Source of the DNA: Reclinomonas americana ATCC 50394
Taxonomy: Eukaryota
Assembly (NCBI GenBank): GCA_048213135.1
Contig: PS015009.1
Location: 1,488,001-1,552,000 of the forward strand
Length of the DNA stretch: 64,000 nucleotides
Direction: 5' to 3'
Positions 51,178 through 60,203 of this stretch are shown here, piece by piece (position 1 is the first letter of the stretch; the number at the start of each line of letters is the position of its first letter). The translations under genes were made by a program, and so were the position numbers. The notes beneath the pieces were generated by a model. It made no database searches. It was not told where the DNA came from and saw nothing but the letters and a program-made list of their open reading frames with translations.

Positions 51178-51768
51178 TTATTTGGGATATACTCTTGTTT
51201 TTGCAGATATAGGATGCGCTCTTTTATCAAATGCTGCATCTACATATTTATTAGGATCAGCAACAAAATCGTCCCATTTAACAAGAACACAATATCTTTC
51301 ATTTTCGCTCCAAGAACATTTATTATCGTCAGGAATGTAAAAATTGCAACTGAATTCTTTGATGGTTGTGCTATCATTAACTCCAACATAATTGTGACTT
51401 CCACCACAACTAGAACACGTATAGCCACCTTTGTATATCATGCCATACATATCTGGTAGAACTACTCCGAGAATGCCATTCTGTGTATTCCCACCACCAT
51501 GATATAAGGAGGCTTGAAGTTCACGTTTTATATACATCTGCTCTTCTTTCCCTCTGCTCTCAGCGCTGTAAGGGCCAATTAAGTGAATAGTAACAGTGGA
51601 ATCAGAAAGATGGTCTTCCCGAATTCTTTGCATTATGTAATCTTCATCATCCGAATCAATGGCTTCATTCAATGAACAATCAATCATGTCAATATCCAAG
51701 TCATTTTGGATAAAATTTTTGTAGGCAAAATCTTCTGTTTTGCATGAAATAAAACACCTGTGTCCCAT
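51178..51768 (-). CDS. TIR-domain protein (ThsB/DUF1863-like) with CxxC insert
   Basis: CFISCK, LSDSTVTIHLIG, YIKRELQASL, NGILGVVLP, CSSCGGSH. Confidence 0.82.
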   Translation of the reverse strand: MGHRCFISCKTEDFAYKNFIQNDLDIDMIDCSLNEAIDSDDEDYIMQRIREDHLSDSTVTIHLIGPYSAESRGKEEQMYIKRELQASLYHGGGNTQNGILGVVLPDMYGMIYKGGYTCSSCGGSHNYVGVNDSTTIKEFSCNFYIPDDNKCSWSENERYCVLVKWDDFVADPNKYVDAAFDKRAHPISAKTRVYPK

Positions 51769-51803
51769 GTTTATAGTTTTGGCTTTAAATGATATCGCTA
51801 TTT

Positions 51804-52155
51804 CTAATTTAGGTATGCTGAATTGCCTCTTCTTGCCAGCCACATTGTATGCTCCCTTGAAATAGCTTGTTCAGCTTCTTTAACAAATTCATCAAGTTCT
51901 GTATCATCCGTAACTTAAATTTTTGATTGACTCTCCTACTAAAAGAATAAAATGCTTTGAGTTTGCCAGTCGTTCACGAAGTACTCTTTTTATGTATTGC
52001 TCATTACTTGCATATGCAGACAATTCTTTTATGCTATGCGCATCATAAAAGTCGAAATCGACATGATCAAGTGCATTCCATCCTTTCATGAAAGCATAGG
52101 CCCACATATCCTTATCTCCATCGAAAGCAACATAAGTCTTATTCCTATAAGCCAT
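51804..52155 (-). pseudogene. Truncated ThsB-like TIR fused by apparent deletion to an orphan C-terminal gene tail
   Basis: MAYRNKTYVAFDGD...FYDAH...LRERLANSK.FILLVGE stops before the catalytic WE; orphan frame 51804-51914 reads ...EQAISREHTMWLARR. Confidence 0.7.
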
Positions 52156-52165
52156 GTTTTAAAGT

Positions 52166-52699
52166 TTATTTGTTAAGCCAATCCTTGAATTTAATTTTAG
52201 TACTATTAGGATAAAAGATATACCAGTCATTAGAATCTGCAACAGAAAATGAATAGGTACTTTCAATTCTACCATATATTCTACCATATTCTTGATCTGA
52301 CCAGATATTAGGGTCATTTGTCAAGGGGAGGATAGCAACATTTGCATAATTTATAATCCTATCTCCCAATCCTAATTCCCAAGGCATCCATTTAGAGTTT
52401 GTGCTATTAGGTGTAGCTAAAGTGATGAACTTTGTGCATTCCTTTATTCTGTCCCGTAGTTGTTGAGCTACAACATCATTTGTTTTGTCTTCTAATGTTT
52501 CATCGAGATAGTCAATATACACGGGTATGCCCATTCCTTTAAGAAACCTTACAACTCCATCAACATAATTTCTATCCATACGACGATAGGATAAGAAGAT
52601 TTTTTTTTCAAGATAAGTTCTGGTACTTATGCTTTTGTTTAAAGAGCTTGCTTTTGAAAAGGTTCTGCTACTAAGATTATTAAAAGTTAAAAACGCCAT
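52166..52699 (-). CDS. TIR-domain protein (TIR_2-like)
   Basis: IFLSYRRMD, VYIDY, SKWMPWELG with putative catalytic Glu. Confidence 0.87.
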   Translation of the reverse strand: MAFLTFNNLSSRTFSKASSLNKSISTRTYLEKKIFLSYRRMDRNYVDGVVRFLKGMGIPVYIDYLDETLEDKTNDVVAQQLRDRIKECTKFITLATPNSTNSKWMPWELGLGDRIINYANVAILPLTNDPNIWSDQEYGRIYGRIESTYSFSVADSNDWYIFYPNSTKIKFKDWLNK

Positions 52700-52872
52700 A
52701 AGTTAAACTTGTAAAAAATTTTCTCCTAAAAAACTTAGTATGCAATGGTCAATCATCATTCCAGATTAAATAGTATGTCAAAATGTCTTAACATTTTATT
52801 AACTTATTGTTTTATAACAAAATGCGAAGGCCCTTTTTTGTCAGAAAAGTTGAGCCACTGGCGTCTACATTC

Positions 52873-53079
52873 TCAATAACAATACCCACACTCCCGCCGG
52901 TGCTTAGCCTTTGCAGCGCTAATTTTTGTAGTTTCTATTTCGGTAGAGCATTTTCTCAATCCCTGGCAATGGCTGGTTTTGTGATAGGCTTTGGAGTGCG
53001 GGCCATTGCAGAGGTACACCCTGTTGCCGCTGCTGCAGCCCGCAAGGAGTATCATAGCTAAAAGTAGGAGCTTTTGCAT
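52873..53079 (-). CDS. Small Cys-rich lipoprotein
   Basis: Lipobox LAGC, VYLC...YH...C.GL..C...CGYC. Confidence 0.75.
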   Translation of the reverse strand: MQKLLLLAMILLAGCSSGNRVYLCNGPHSKAYHKTSHCQGLRKCSTEIETTKISAAKAKHRRECGYCY

Positions 53080-53121
53080 ATAGTATATAATCAGGTTAGG
53101 TATTTAATAGCCGCCCGCCTG

Positions 53122-54057
53122 TCAGCGGTTTAGAAAAGCCTCTATTTTTTTCCTCGTGTACTCGGGCAGGTCAGTATTCTGGCATTCATAATTTGTTTTA
53201 GCAACGCCCATTTCCTCCAACCATTTTCCCAGGTAGGCCTTTATATAATCTTCGTCGTTTTTGTATTGCTTCGAAGGGCTTATTTCAAGCACCAGCACTT
53301 CCAGGTTTTGCAGGTCTTGCCGGGGGCTGATAAGGCCATAGTCATCTTTTTCGAATGCATCTCGCCAGGAGGGGTTATTGCGGAAGGGCTTTAACAGTTC
53401 AGGCAGTATATAGGTGGTTCTGTTGCCCTGCTTTTCCCTGGAGTCTTTGTGAAACAGGTAGCCATCCGTTAGTATTATTAAGATATTGCGGTAGCTGCCG
53501 GAAGCATCTACACAATACTGTTTTACATCGTTTTTAAAGAACCGCCAAACATCGGAGCCATCCCATTGCTTTTTGCCCTTGTTGTTGGCCAATACGATCT
53601 CGTAAATTTCCTGGGCGCTGTTGGCAAACCTGCTTTCCAGGCTATCGTAGGCTTCCTTTTTTTTCTTGTTGGCGCCCTCGCCGGTATAAGCAGACATATC
53701 GCAGGATAAATTTGTGGCAATGACATTTATCCGGTCATTTTCGGGAGTAGGTGTAAAGAATACTTTCACCCGGCCTTTTGCCTTATAGGCTCCCCGCTTT
53801 TCCATATCTTTTTTAAAAATAGCCGCTACGTTTTTTATGATGGCAATATCCCTTTCATAATGCTGTGGCGAGGCAGGGTTTACCTGCGGGTCTATCCTGT
53901 CGGACAAATCCCAAAGGATATTGATGTTGAGCTGGCGGTCGGTAGCTTTTACAGCAGTTGTATTGCTATCGTCAGCATCCTGTTTTTTTTCTGTTGAATC
54001 CGACGAGCAGGCACTTAAAAAAAGCAGGGCTATAAATAATGGGGCAATTGCTTTCAT
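53122..54057 (-). CDS. Hypothetical lipoprotein (vWA-like)
   Basis: Lipobox LSAC, ILWDLSDR, ILIILTDG (MIDAS-like pieces). Confidence 0.65.
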   Translation of the reverse strand: MKAIAPLFIALLFLSACSSDSTEKKQDADDSNTTAVKATDRQLNINILWDLSDRIDPQVNPASPQHYERDIAIIKNVAAIFKKDMEKRGAYKAKGRVKVFFTPTPENDRINVIATNLSCDMSAYTGEGANKKKKEAYDSLESRFANSAQEIYEIVLANNKGKKQWDGSDVWRFFKNDVKQYCVDASGSYRNILIILTDGYLFHKDSREKQGNRTTYILPELLKPFRNNPSWRDAFEKDDYGLISPRQDLQNLEVLVLEISPSKQYKNDEDYIKAYLGKWLEEMGVAKTNYECQNTDLPEYTRKKIEAFLNR

Positions 54058-54067
54058 GCTATACAAT

Positions 54068-55321
54068 TTAATTGGGGTTTAATACTGATTCAATAGTGGC
54101 TATTTTACCAACCAGGAAGTCTTCATATATTTTGTTGTGCTCGCTGCGGTTGTATTCCCTCCCTTCAGACAGCCAGGCATACCAACCCACCATAAATTGC
54201 GACAGCGCTTCTTTTACTGCCTTGGGCTGCACAATGGTGCCATCAATTACCTGCTTTAGCTTTTTCATTTCCACATTGTTTTTTTCGTTGGCTATTCGTA
54301 GCTCGGTAATGGTATTTTGATACTGGTTTATCTCCTGCTCATGGGTATGTATCTGCTCTCTTTTTGTTTTGATAGTGACCTTCACAATATCGAGCTTGGC
54401 ATGTGCTTCTATCACAAAATCGAACACAAAGCCCCAGATGAGGTACACCACAAACCCGGCAAAAATGACCAGCCAGAAGCCTACGCTGGCAAAGGCTAAG
54501 CCTACCGAAAAATCGGGGATATTGCCAGCCAGGTCATTCTCCTTTTTGATGTTGTATATTTTTTCGGTGATCTCGTAAGCGATAATAGCGTCGAAAATAA
54601 AAGTGATGACGAGTAGGGCTGCTATTTTAAAATATTTGCCGAGACCTTTCCCTTCCTGGAATTTATGGATGAGGTAACCCAGCCCGATAAACACAAAGGG
54701 AATGGTGAGTATAAAAATGAGTTCGGTAACGCCATCTTTCAATGCGTTGCCAATAGCATTGGCATCAAAAATTGCCTTGGTAACCACCACATCATCTGCT
54801 TTAAACTCTTTGAAAAAAGCGGAATAAGAAGCAGAGCTGTAAAAAATAAAAAGATAGATGGAGAGCAGCAGTAAGATAAACACGCCGATATAAAACCCGG
54901 CTTTACCTACATGCACGCCAGTGTACTGCTCCGGGTTCTTTCTTATGTCTGAAATTTCTTTTTGTAGTTCTTCTATCCTGGTTTTCTTAGCAGGTATCAG
55001 CTCTATATCGTACATGCTGATCTGGGATTTTATGCCTTCACTATGGCCCGTTAATTCCTGTAAGGCTACTTTGTAGGGCTTGCGCAGCTCTTCCTGCTTG
55101 TTTCCGTCTCTTTCCATTTCGGCCATATGCTGCTCATACACGGCATCCAGGCATATCCGCAGCCCTTCGGTACGCCCCTTCATCATTCCTGCCTGCACGA
55201 ACCCAAACCGGCGGTACGATACTTTTTCATCTGGCTGTTGCTCCGGGCTTACAGGAGGAGCCGGCTCCGTTTTTTGCGAGAACAAACCAGGTATTTTAAA
55301 TTTTGAAAGATCGAAAGCCAT
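54068..55321 (-). CDS. Membrane protein with four TM helices flanked by coiled coils
   Basis: Hydrophobic core residues about 140-305, heptad-rich flanks. Confidence 0.75.
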   Translation of the reverse strand: MAFDLSKFKIPGLFSQKTEPAPPVSPEQQPDEKVSYRRFGFVQAGMMKGRTEGLRICLDAVYEQHMAEMERDGNKQEELRKPYKVALQELTGHSEGIKSQISMYDIELIPAKKTRIEELQKEISDIRKNPEQYTGVHVGKAGFYIGVFILLLLSIYLFIFYSSASYSAFFKEFKADDVVVTKAIFDANAIGNALKDGVTELIFILTIPFVFIGLGYLIHKFQEGKGLGKYFKIAALLVITFIFDAIIAYEITEKIYNIKKENDLAGNIPDFSVGLAFASVGFWLVIFAGFVVYLIWGFVFDFVIEAHAKLDIVKVTIKTKREQIHTHEQEINQYQNTITELRIANEKNNVEMKKLKQVIDGTIVQPKAVKEALSQFMVGWYAWLSEGREYNRSEHNKIYEDFLVGKIATIESVLNPN

Positions 55322-55325
55322 AAGA

Positions 55326-55727
55326 TTAGTTGTTTTGAGTTACAAAATCGATGAGGTCGGTAGCAGGCATATTATCTTTTGCAGCCTCAATTAATAATTG
55401 CGCTATCAGGGGCGCATTGTTTTCTTCAAATTGAAATTTGCCACAAAGCTTTTCCAGTGTTGTTATTTCATGCGCATGCACCTGTCCGTCGGCCCATATC
55501 ATTTTTGCATAATCGTACAGGTATTCAATTTTTTCACTGAGCGTTTCCGGCAGGTACACTTCTCCGGCTGGGATCGGGTTCAGCAACATAGCGTCTATCT
55601 TTTCCCTGGGAAGGCCCCTTTCTTCCGCCAGCTTGTATAGTACGGCTATTTCTTTTTCATCAAATGCTGAATCGGCCAATGCCATGGAATACAGGTTGAG
55701 GAAATGTAACTGGAGTTCTGATGACAT
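55326..55727 (-). CDS. TerB-family protein
   Basis: MALADSAFDEKE and MIWADGQVHAHE repeats. Confidence 0.85.
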   Translation of the reverse strand: MSSELQLHFLNLYSMALADSAFDEKEIAVLYKLAEERGLPREKIDAMLLNPIPAGEVYLPETLSEKIEYLYDYAKMIWADGQVHAHEITTLEKLCGKFQFEENNAPLIAQLLIEAAKDNMPATDLIDFVTQNN

Positions 55728-55771
55728 AATGTATATAGGTTTATAAGCGTTATAAAATAGGGCTGCTGTAA

Positions 55772-56545
55772 TTATGTTTCGGGAACTACTGCCGGGTCGT
55801 CGGGCGCCGGGCTTTCTGCCTTATCCTCTTTTTTCTTTTTTGCTTTTACTTTGGAGGATTTGAATGGTTTTATGAGCGCCGGGTCCATCTTCTCTTCCAT
55901 GATCTTGTGCACGGCCGCCAGGATGATAGCATTATCACATTTTTCATTGTACCTGGCTTTGATCATCTTTTTAATACCATTCAATACCGCATCGGAACAG
56001 AGGATGCCGGCAATATTGTAAGGATCGGTGGCTTCGCATTTGTTCCAAAGGGGCTTGAACAGGTTTTTAACCACGCTTTCTTTATGCAGGTGCTGTAAGT
56101 GATTGGCTGCATTTTTTAAACCGGCAGCATCGCTCAGGTCTATCGCAAATATTAAGCGGGAGGAGATGGGCTGCTCAAATATGATCTTATAAAACTCAAA
56201 ATTTCTGCCGTTGGTAAGCAGGGCATATTCTATACCTTCATTAGCGCCATAGTTCACCGTTTGCCGCAAATGTTTTTCGGATAGCTGGAAGGAAAGGGCT
56301 TTTACTTCTACCAGGAAATGCCTTGTTTTATTGACCTGTATCACATAATCGGCATAGGTGCCTTTGATCATGTACTCTGTTTTTATTTCCTCCAGCTGCT
56401 TATAGCCCAGCACATCCGATAAAAAACGGTTGATCATGATCCTGGTGCCGGATTCATCCAGCTCTTTGATATTGCCGTCTAAAAATTCTTTCCGGTAAGC
56501 TTTGAGGGCGGTGAGGAGTTTTTGTTGCTTCAATGCTGTAAGCAT
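55772..56545 (-). CDS. Stand-alone HsdR N-terminal (PD-(D/E)XK-like) domain protein
   Basis: DESGTR, LGY, ADY, LVEVKA, QTVNYG, ALLTNG; no helicase domain. Confidence 0.85.
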   Translation of the reverse strand: MLTALKQQKLLTALKAYRKEFLDGNIKELDESGTRIMINRFLSDVLGYKQLEEIKTEYMIKGTYADYVIQVNKTRHFLVEVKALSFQLSEKHLRQTVNYGANEGIEYALLTNGRNFEFYKIIFEQPISSRLIFAIDLSDAAGLKNAANHLQHLHKESVVKNLFKPLWNKCEATDPYNIAGILCSDAVLNGIKKMIKARYNEKCDNAIILAAVHKIMEEKMDPALIKPFKSSKVKAKKKKEDKAESPAPDDPAVVPET

Positions 56546-56581
56546 GGTAGTTAGTTTTGAATGAGCGGATAGCTGTGTTTT

Positions 56582-56625
56582 CAAAACTAGTATGGGGACT
56601 TATCATTTTATTACGGCAAACCGTA
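56582..56625 (-). promoter_or_regulatory. TACGG-N4-CCGTA box plus -7 element (copy 3)
   Basis: TACGGCAAACCGTA 56612-56625, 22 bp, TAGTTTTG (minus) 56582-56589. Confidence 0.75.
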
Positions 56626-56674
56626 AGCAGTGATTTTAACCGGTGTAAGTATCAGTGTGTAGTGCAATTATTCT

Positions 56675-57166
56675 TCAGGGCTTACGCCATTGCCATGGTG
56701 GAGTAGGATTTTCGTCTGCCCAAAGACCGACTTTTCTTTGCCGGGCTATAGTTTCCAGCTCGTCATATGATTTGTCGGTCGAATGCTTTAAAAAATGCCA
56801 GGCAAGGCCAGCCTTAACCAGCGCTTTGTTTACATTTTCATTTTTGCCGGTAATAATGACGGCTATACATCTCTTATACCGGTCAAACTTCCCCTCATTT
56901 TCAACAGTCACCCATTGCCCAAAGCAAATGCCGGAGGTAAATTTTTTTGCTGCTTGCGCAAAAGGCTGGTGCTTTTTAATTTCAGGGCAGTCAATATGTG
57001 CAAGCCTGATGACTACAGTATTTTCCTTATACAAAACCTCGATAGTATCGCCGTCTTTGATTGCAATCACTTTAGCCTGGAATACTTTTGGAAGGTTTAA
57101 CTGCAGCCCCTGCCCTATGGATGAGAAAGCAAGCAGAAAGTATACCACAATGGAGGATAGGTTCAT
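56675..57166 (-). CDS. Thermonuclease (SNase-like), secreted
   Basis: IKDGDTI, IRLAHIDCPE, DRYKR, LVKAGLAW, VGLWAD. Confidence 0.92.
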   Translation of the reverse strand: MNLSSIVVYFLLAFSSIGQGLQLNLPKVFQAKVIAIKDGDTIEVLYKENTVVIRLAHIDCPEIKKHQPFAQAAKKFTSGICFGQWVTVENEGKFDRYKRCIAVIITGKNENVNKALVKAGLAWHFLKHSTDKSYDELETIARQRKVGLWADENPTPPWQWRKP

Positions 57167-57253
57167 TACTGTAAAGATTTCAGGTTGTTGGCATCAAATG
57201 TATAACATCTGGGGCCTGAAAGAAAATGATGTTGCAGCAAAACAGGCAGCAAC

Positions 57254-57919
57254 TTACAATACACCTGCCTCCTTGCAAAATAATACTAACTGCTCATTCT
57301 TCGAAAAGCCAAGTTCTTCCCTGATCTGGTTCAGGCGCTTTTCAATGGTACTTAGACTTGAGGGCCTGATATCGTGTAGCTTGAGGTAGGCTGGTATTTC
57401 ATTTTGCTGGTAACCCTGGGAGAGCAACCGGATAATATTGATATCGAATTCTGTAAACTCGTAGGTATTGGATTGTTTTACGAGCTGTGCCAATGCCCTG
57501 GGATAGTATTGCTCTCCTTTTGACAAGGCATCAAGCGCTGCCTTCAATTCTTTGGCATCATGCCGGGCCTTACGTACATAGGCATCTACTTCATAATTCT
57601 TAAACAACATATCGATAGTAGCGGGACGGTTTTCCGCAGAAAAGATAAGGATCATGATACCGGGCTGCACTTCACGAACTGACCGGATAAGGTCAAACCC
57701 GCCAGCTATTTTTTGGAAACTGCCATCAGCCTCAAAATACAGGTCGGTGATCAGCAGGTCATAAGGCTGGCCTTTTTGCTTAGCCAGCTGTATTTTACTC
57801 AACGCATCATCGCAATAGAATGCATAGTCCACTTCCCTGATGAGTAAATCTTCCATAGTTTTTTGTACAGAAAGATTGGCGATTTCCTGGTCTTCGGCAA
57901 TAATAACTTTATCAATCAT
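57254..57919 (-). CDS. Response regulator (REC plus LuxR-like HTH)
   Basis: IAED, LLITDL, YVRK; C-terminal STIEKRLNQIRE; overlaps kinase stop (ATGA). Confidence 0.9.
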   Translation of the reverse strand: MIDKVIIAEDQEIANLSVQKTMEDLLIREVDYAFYCDDALSKIQLAKQKGQPYDLLITDLYFEADGSFQKIAGGFDLIRSVREVQPGIMILIFSAENRPATIDMLFKNYEVDAYVRKARHDAKELKAALDALSKGEQYYPRALAQLVKQSNTYEFTEFDINIIRLLSQGYQQNEIPAYLKLHDIRPSSLSTIEKRLNQIREELGFSKNEQLVLFCKEAGVL

Positions 57920-59652
57920 ATTTTATTAGATTCCAGTGGAAAGCTGATCGTAATGGATACGCCGTCTTTTTCACTTTTTCCAAAATTAACCTCCCCATGT
58001 ATTGATTTAATACGGCTAACCGTATTATTCAGACCGTTTCCAAATTTGAACCCGGGCTGAAATCCTAAGCCATCATCTTTATATATGATAAAGCTTTTGT
58101 TGTCTTCTTGTTTGAATACGATTGCCACGTTTTTGGCCTGGCTATGTTTTTTCATATTCACCATGATCTCGTTGAGGATCAGTTGCAGCTCATGTTTTTG
58201 AATGCCGGTGACCCTTTTCCAGAAGGTTGAGTTATTACCTACTATAATTACATTAGTTTGACCATCAGCAAAAGCATTCAGCAGATGATGCACTTTATTA
58301 TTATAATCTTCATTATCATTGGGAGCGATCTCTTCATAAGAGATATTGCGTGATTTTTCATACAAGTCCTCGATCTTATTGATGAGTGGCTCCAGTTCAA
58401 TGGTTTTATTGTGTTCCAAACCGTTCATGATGCCATAAAGTCCGTTGGCTACCACATCGTGTATTTTTTGAGAAGTTTTCAATTTGGAGTTGCGTATAGT
58501 ATTTTCGGCCTCCTGTTGTACCCTTTTTCTGCGTTTTTTGTAGCTGATATAAAGCCAGGTGATAATACATGTGGCAATAACAATCAATGCATACATTAAT
58601 AATCGCTGAGTAATAACATGTTGCCGTAAAATCAAATTATTCTCTCTTTCCTGCTGGAAGTCATATATTACCTTAGCAAAGCGATTTTTTGTTGTATTTC
58701 TTGCAAACGTAAGGCTGTCATCAAGTATTTCATGTTCAATATACCATTGATCTTTAACCGGGGAAATTTTACTGAGTTTTATCAATTTATCCATGGCTTC
58801 GAGCCGGTCATCAGGATTTTTATTTTCTGTTGCCCTTTTAAGCATTTTTTGAGCATATATTATTGCCGAGTCGGGGTTTGATCCTTTATAATAGTCTGAC
58901 AGATGCGCATAGCTGGCATTTAATCCTGATGTATCCGTAGTCTCTGCTCGGGTCTTTAAAGCAGACCAGAATTCTGGTAAGGCAGGGTAATTTGGGTTTT
59001 GCAGCCATTTTGTTTTGGCCCTATTGTCGATCACCCTGGCCATAATTAACTGGTCTTCGGGTTTTAATGTGATTATAGAATCGTATACAGCAATAGCATC
59101 ATTGAGTTCCCCTTTTTTTTGAAACGCCGTCGCCTTACCATTCAGCGGTTCATACATGTAGTCTAACCCTTTTAAAACAGTTATTGCTGTACTATAATCA
59201 GTGATGGCTTCATCATAAAGTTTTAAATCCAGGTTCACGTTACCTGATATATTATATGCAGCCCCTAATTCTTCCCGCAGATTTAACTTGAGCGAATCCA
59301 ATGTATTAACTGTTATTCCAGAATCAGGAATGGCTTGTATCAATTGTTTTGCATCGAGCAGGTTTAATGTATGAACTGCATTATTTAGATATTCCTGGGC
59401 TTCATACAGATTACCTGCTCTCCATAGAATTTCCCCCATAAACCTGTAGGCTCTCCCTTTTTTAAAACTATCATCCGGGTTATTTACATAGCGGCTAAAC
59501 ACCTGGAAAGCAGAATCGAATTTTTTATAATAATAGAGGTAATACCCGCGATCATAATCCGTTTGCCTGCCAGTGTTTTTTTTCGATTGTTGATTGCATC
59601 CACAAACTGTAACAAAAACTGCAATGAATAATAATGGACTAAATGTTTTCAA
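57916..59652 (-). CDS. TPR-containing sensor histidine kinase
   Basis: Signal/lipobox VCGC, TPRs, TM, H-box SQKIHDVVANG, N-box NEIMVNMKKHS, DDGLGF, GNGLNN. Confidence 0.9.
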   Translation of the reverse strand: MKTFSPLLFIAVFVTVCGCNQQSKKNTGRQTDYDRGYYLYYYKKFDSAFQVFSRYVNNPDDSFKKGRAYRFMGEILWRAGNLYEAQEYLNNAVHTLNLLDAKQLIQAIPDSGITVNTLDSLKLNLREELGAAYNISGNVNLDLKLYDEAITDYSTAITVLKGLDYMYEPLNGKATAFQKKGELNDAIAVYDSIITLKPEDQLIMARVIDNRAKTKWLQNPNYPALPEFWSALKTRAETTDTSGLNASYAHLSDYYKGSNPDSAIIYAQKMLKRATENKNPDDRLEAMDKLIKLSKISPVKDQWYIEHEILDDSLTFARNTTKNRFAKVIYDFQQERENNLILRQHVITQRLLMYALIVIATCIITWLYISYKKRRKRVQQEAENTIRNSKLKTSQKIHDVVANGLYGIMNGLEHNKTIELEPLINKIEDLYEKSRNISYEEIAPNDNEDYNNKVHHLLNAFADGQTNVIIVGNNSTFWKRVTGIQKHELQLILNEIMVNMKKHSQAKNVAIVFKQEDNKSFIIYKDDGLGFQPGFKFGNGLNNTVSRIKSIHGEVNFGKSEKDGVSITISFPLESNKI

Positions 59653-59750
59653 GAAGTTCTAATTTTCTTAAATATAGAAAAAGAAAAATCGATGTCATAA
59701 TGAAAGTAGTTTCGGTTTATTTAAAAATGATGTTGCACCAGGCATCGAAT

Positions 59751-59782
59751 AAAAAAAGGCTGTCCTATAAGAGACAGCCTTT
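59751..59782 (-). terminator. Terminator between peptide gene and kinase
   Basis: AAAGGCTGTC...GACAGCCTTT stem with T-run on the minus strand. Confidence 0.75.
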
Positions 59783-59793
59783 ACTGTTAATTA

Positions 59794-59955
59794 TTAACCC
59801 CCGGGCGGTGGAGGAGGTGGAGGTGGCAGCTTAGGACCGCCCCCGGTTTCGCCCCCGGTATCGAAATGTTCCAGGTTACAGTCGCCGTGATTTTCTACTG
59901 TATGGTTTGGGTTGGGACATAAGAATGCCCCTAACCAGATAATGAGGATTATCAT
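59794..59955 (-). CDS. Unannotated 53-aa peptide: hydrophobic leader, DTGGETGG core, Pro8 tail
   Basis: MIILIIWLGAFLCPNPNHTVENHGDCNLEHFDTGGETGGGPKLPPPPPPPPGG; ATG after an A-rich leader, double TAA, own terminator. Confidence 0.75.
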   Translation of the reverse strand: MIILIIWLGAFLCPNPNHTVENHGDCNLEHFDTGGETGGGPKLPPPPPPPPGG

Positions 59956-60203
59956 TGTTTAATGATTTAAATTGTTAGAAAAATTTGCTCATACGCGGTC
60001 GCGGACCCGGATGAGACGGTTGTGTAAGCAGCGCTACTTACGTTGGGAAGAAAGCACGTTGATCGCAGTAGGGTTAACAACTTCCCTTGCCGGCTAACCT
60101 TGCCGCGACCTTCGCACTCAGCTGATCAACTGGAATGTTGTCTGTTTTACCAATTGATCGTAATGCAAACATACATTCGGCTAAAAGCCTGATCTGCAAA
60201 CAG

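Noticed and set aside
55772-56545. Type I restriction-modification system
   Set aside because: Only an HsdR N-terminal domain; no helicase, methyltransferase or specificity subunit.
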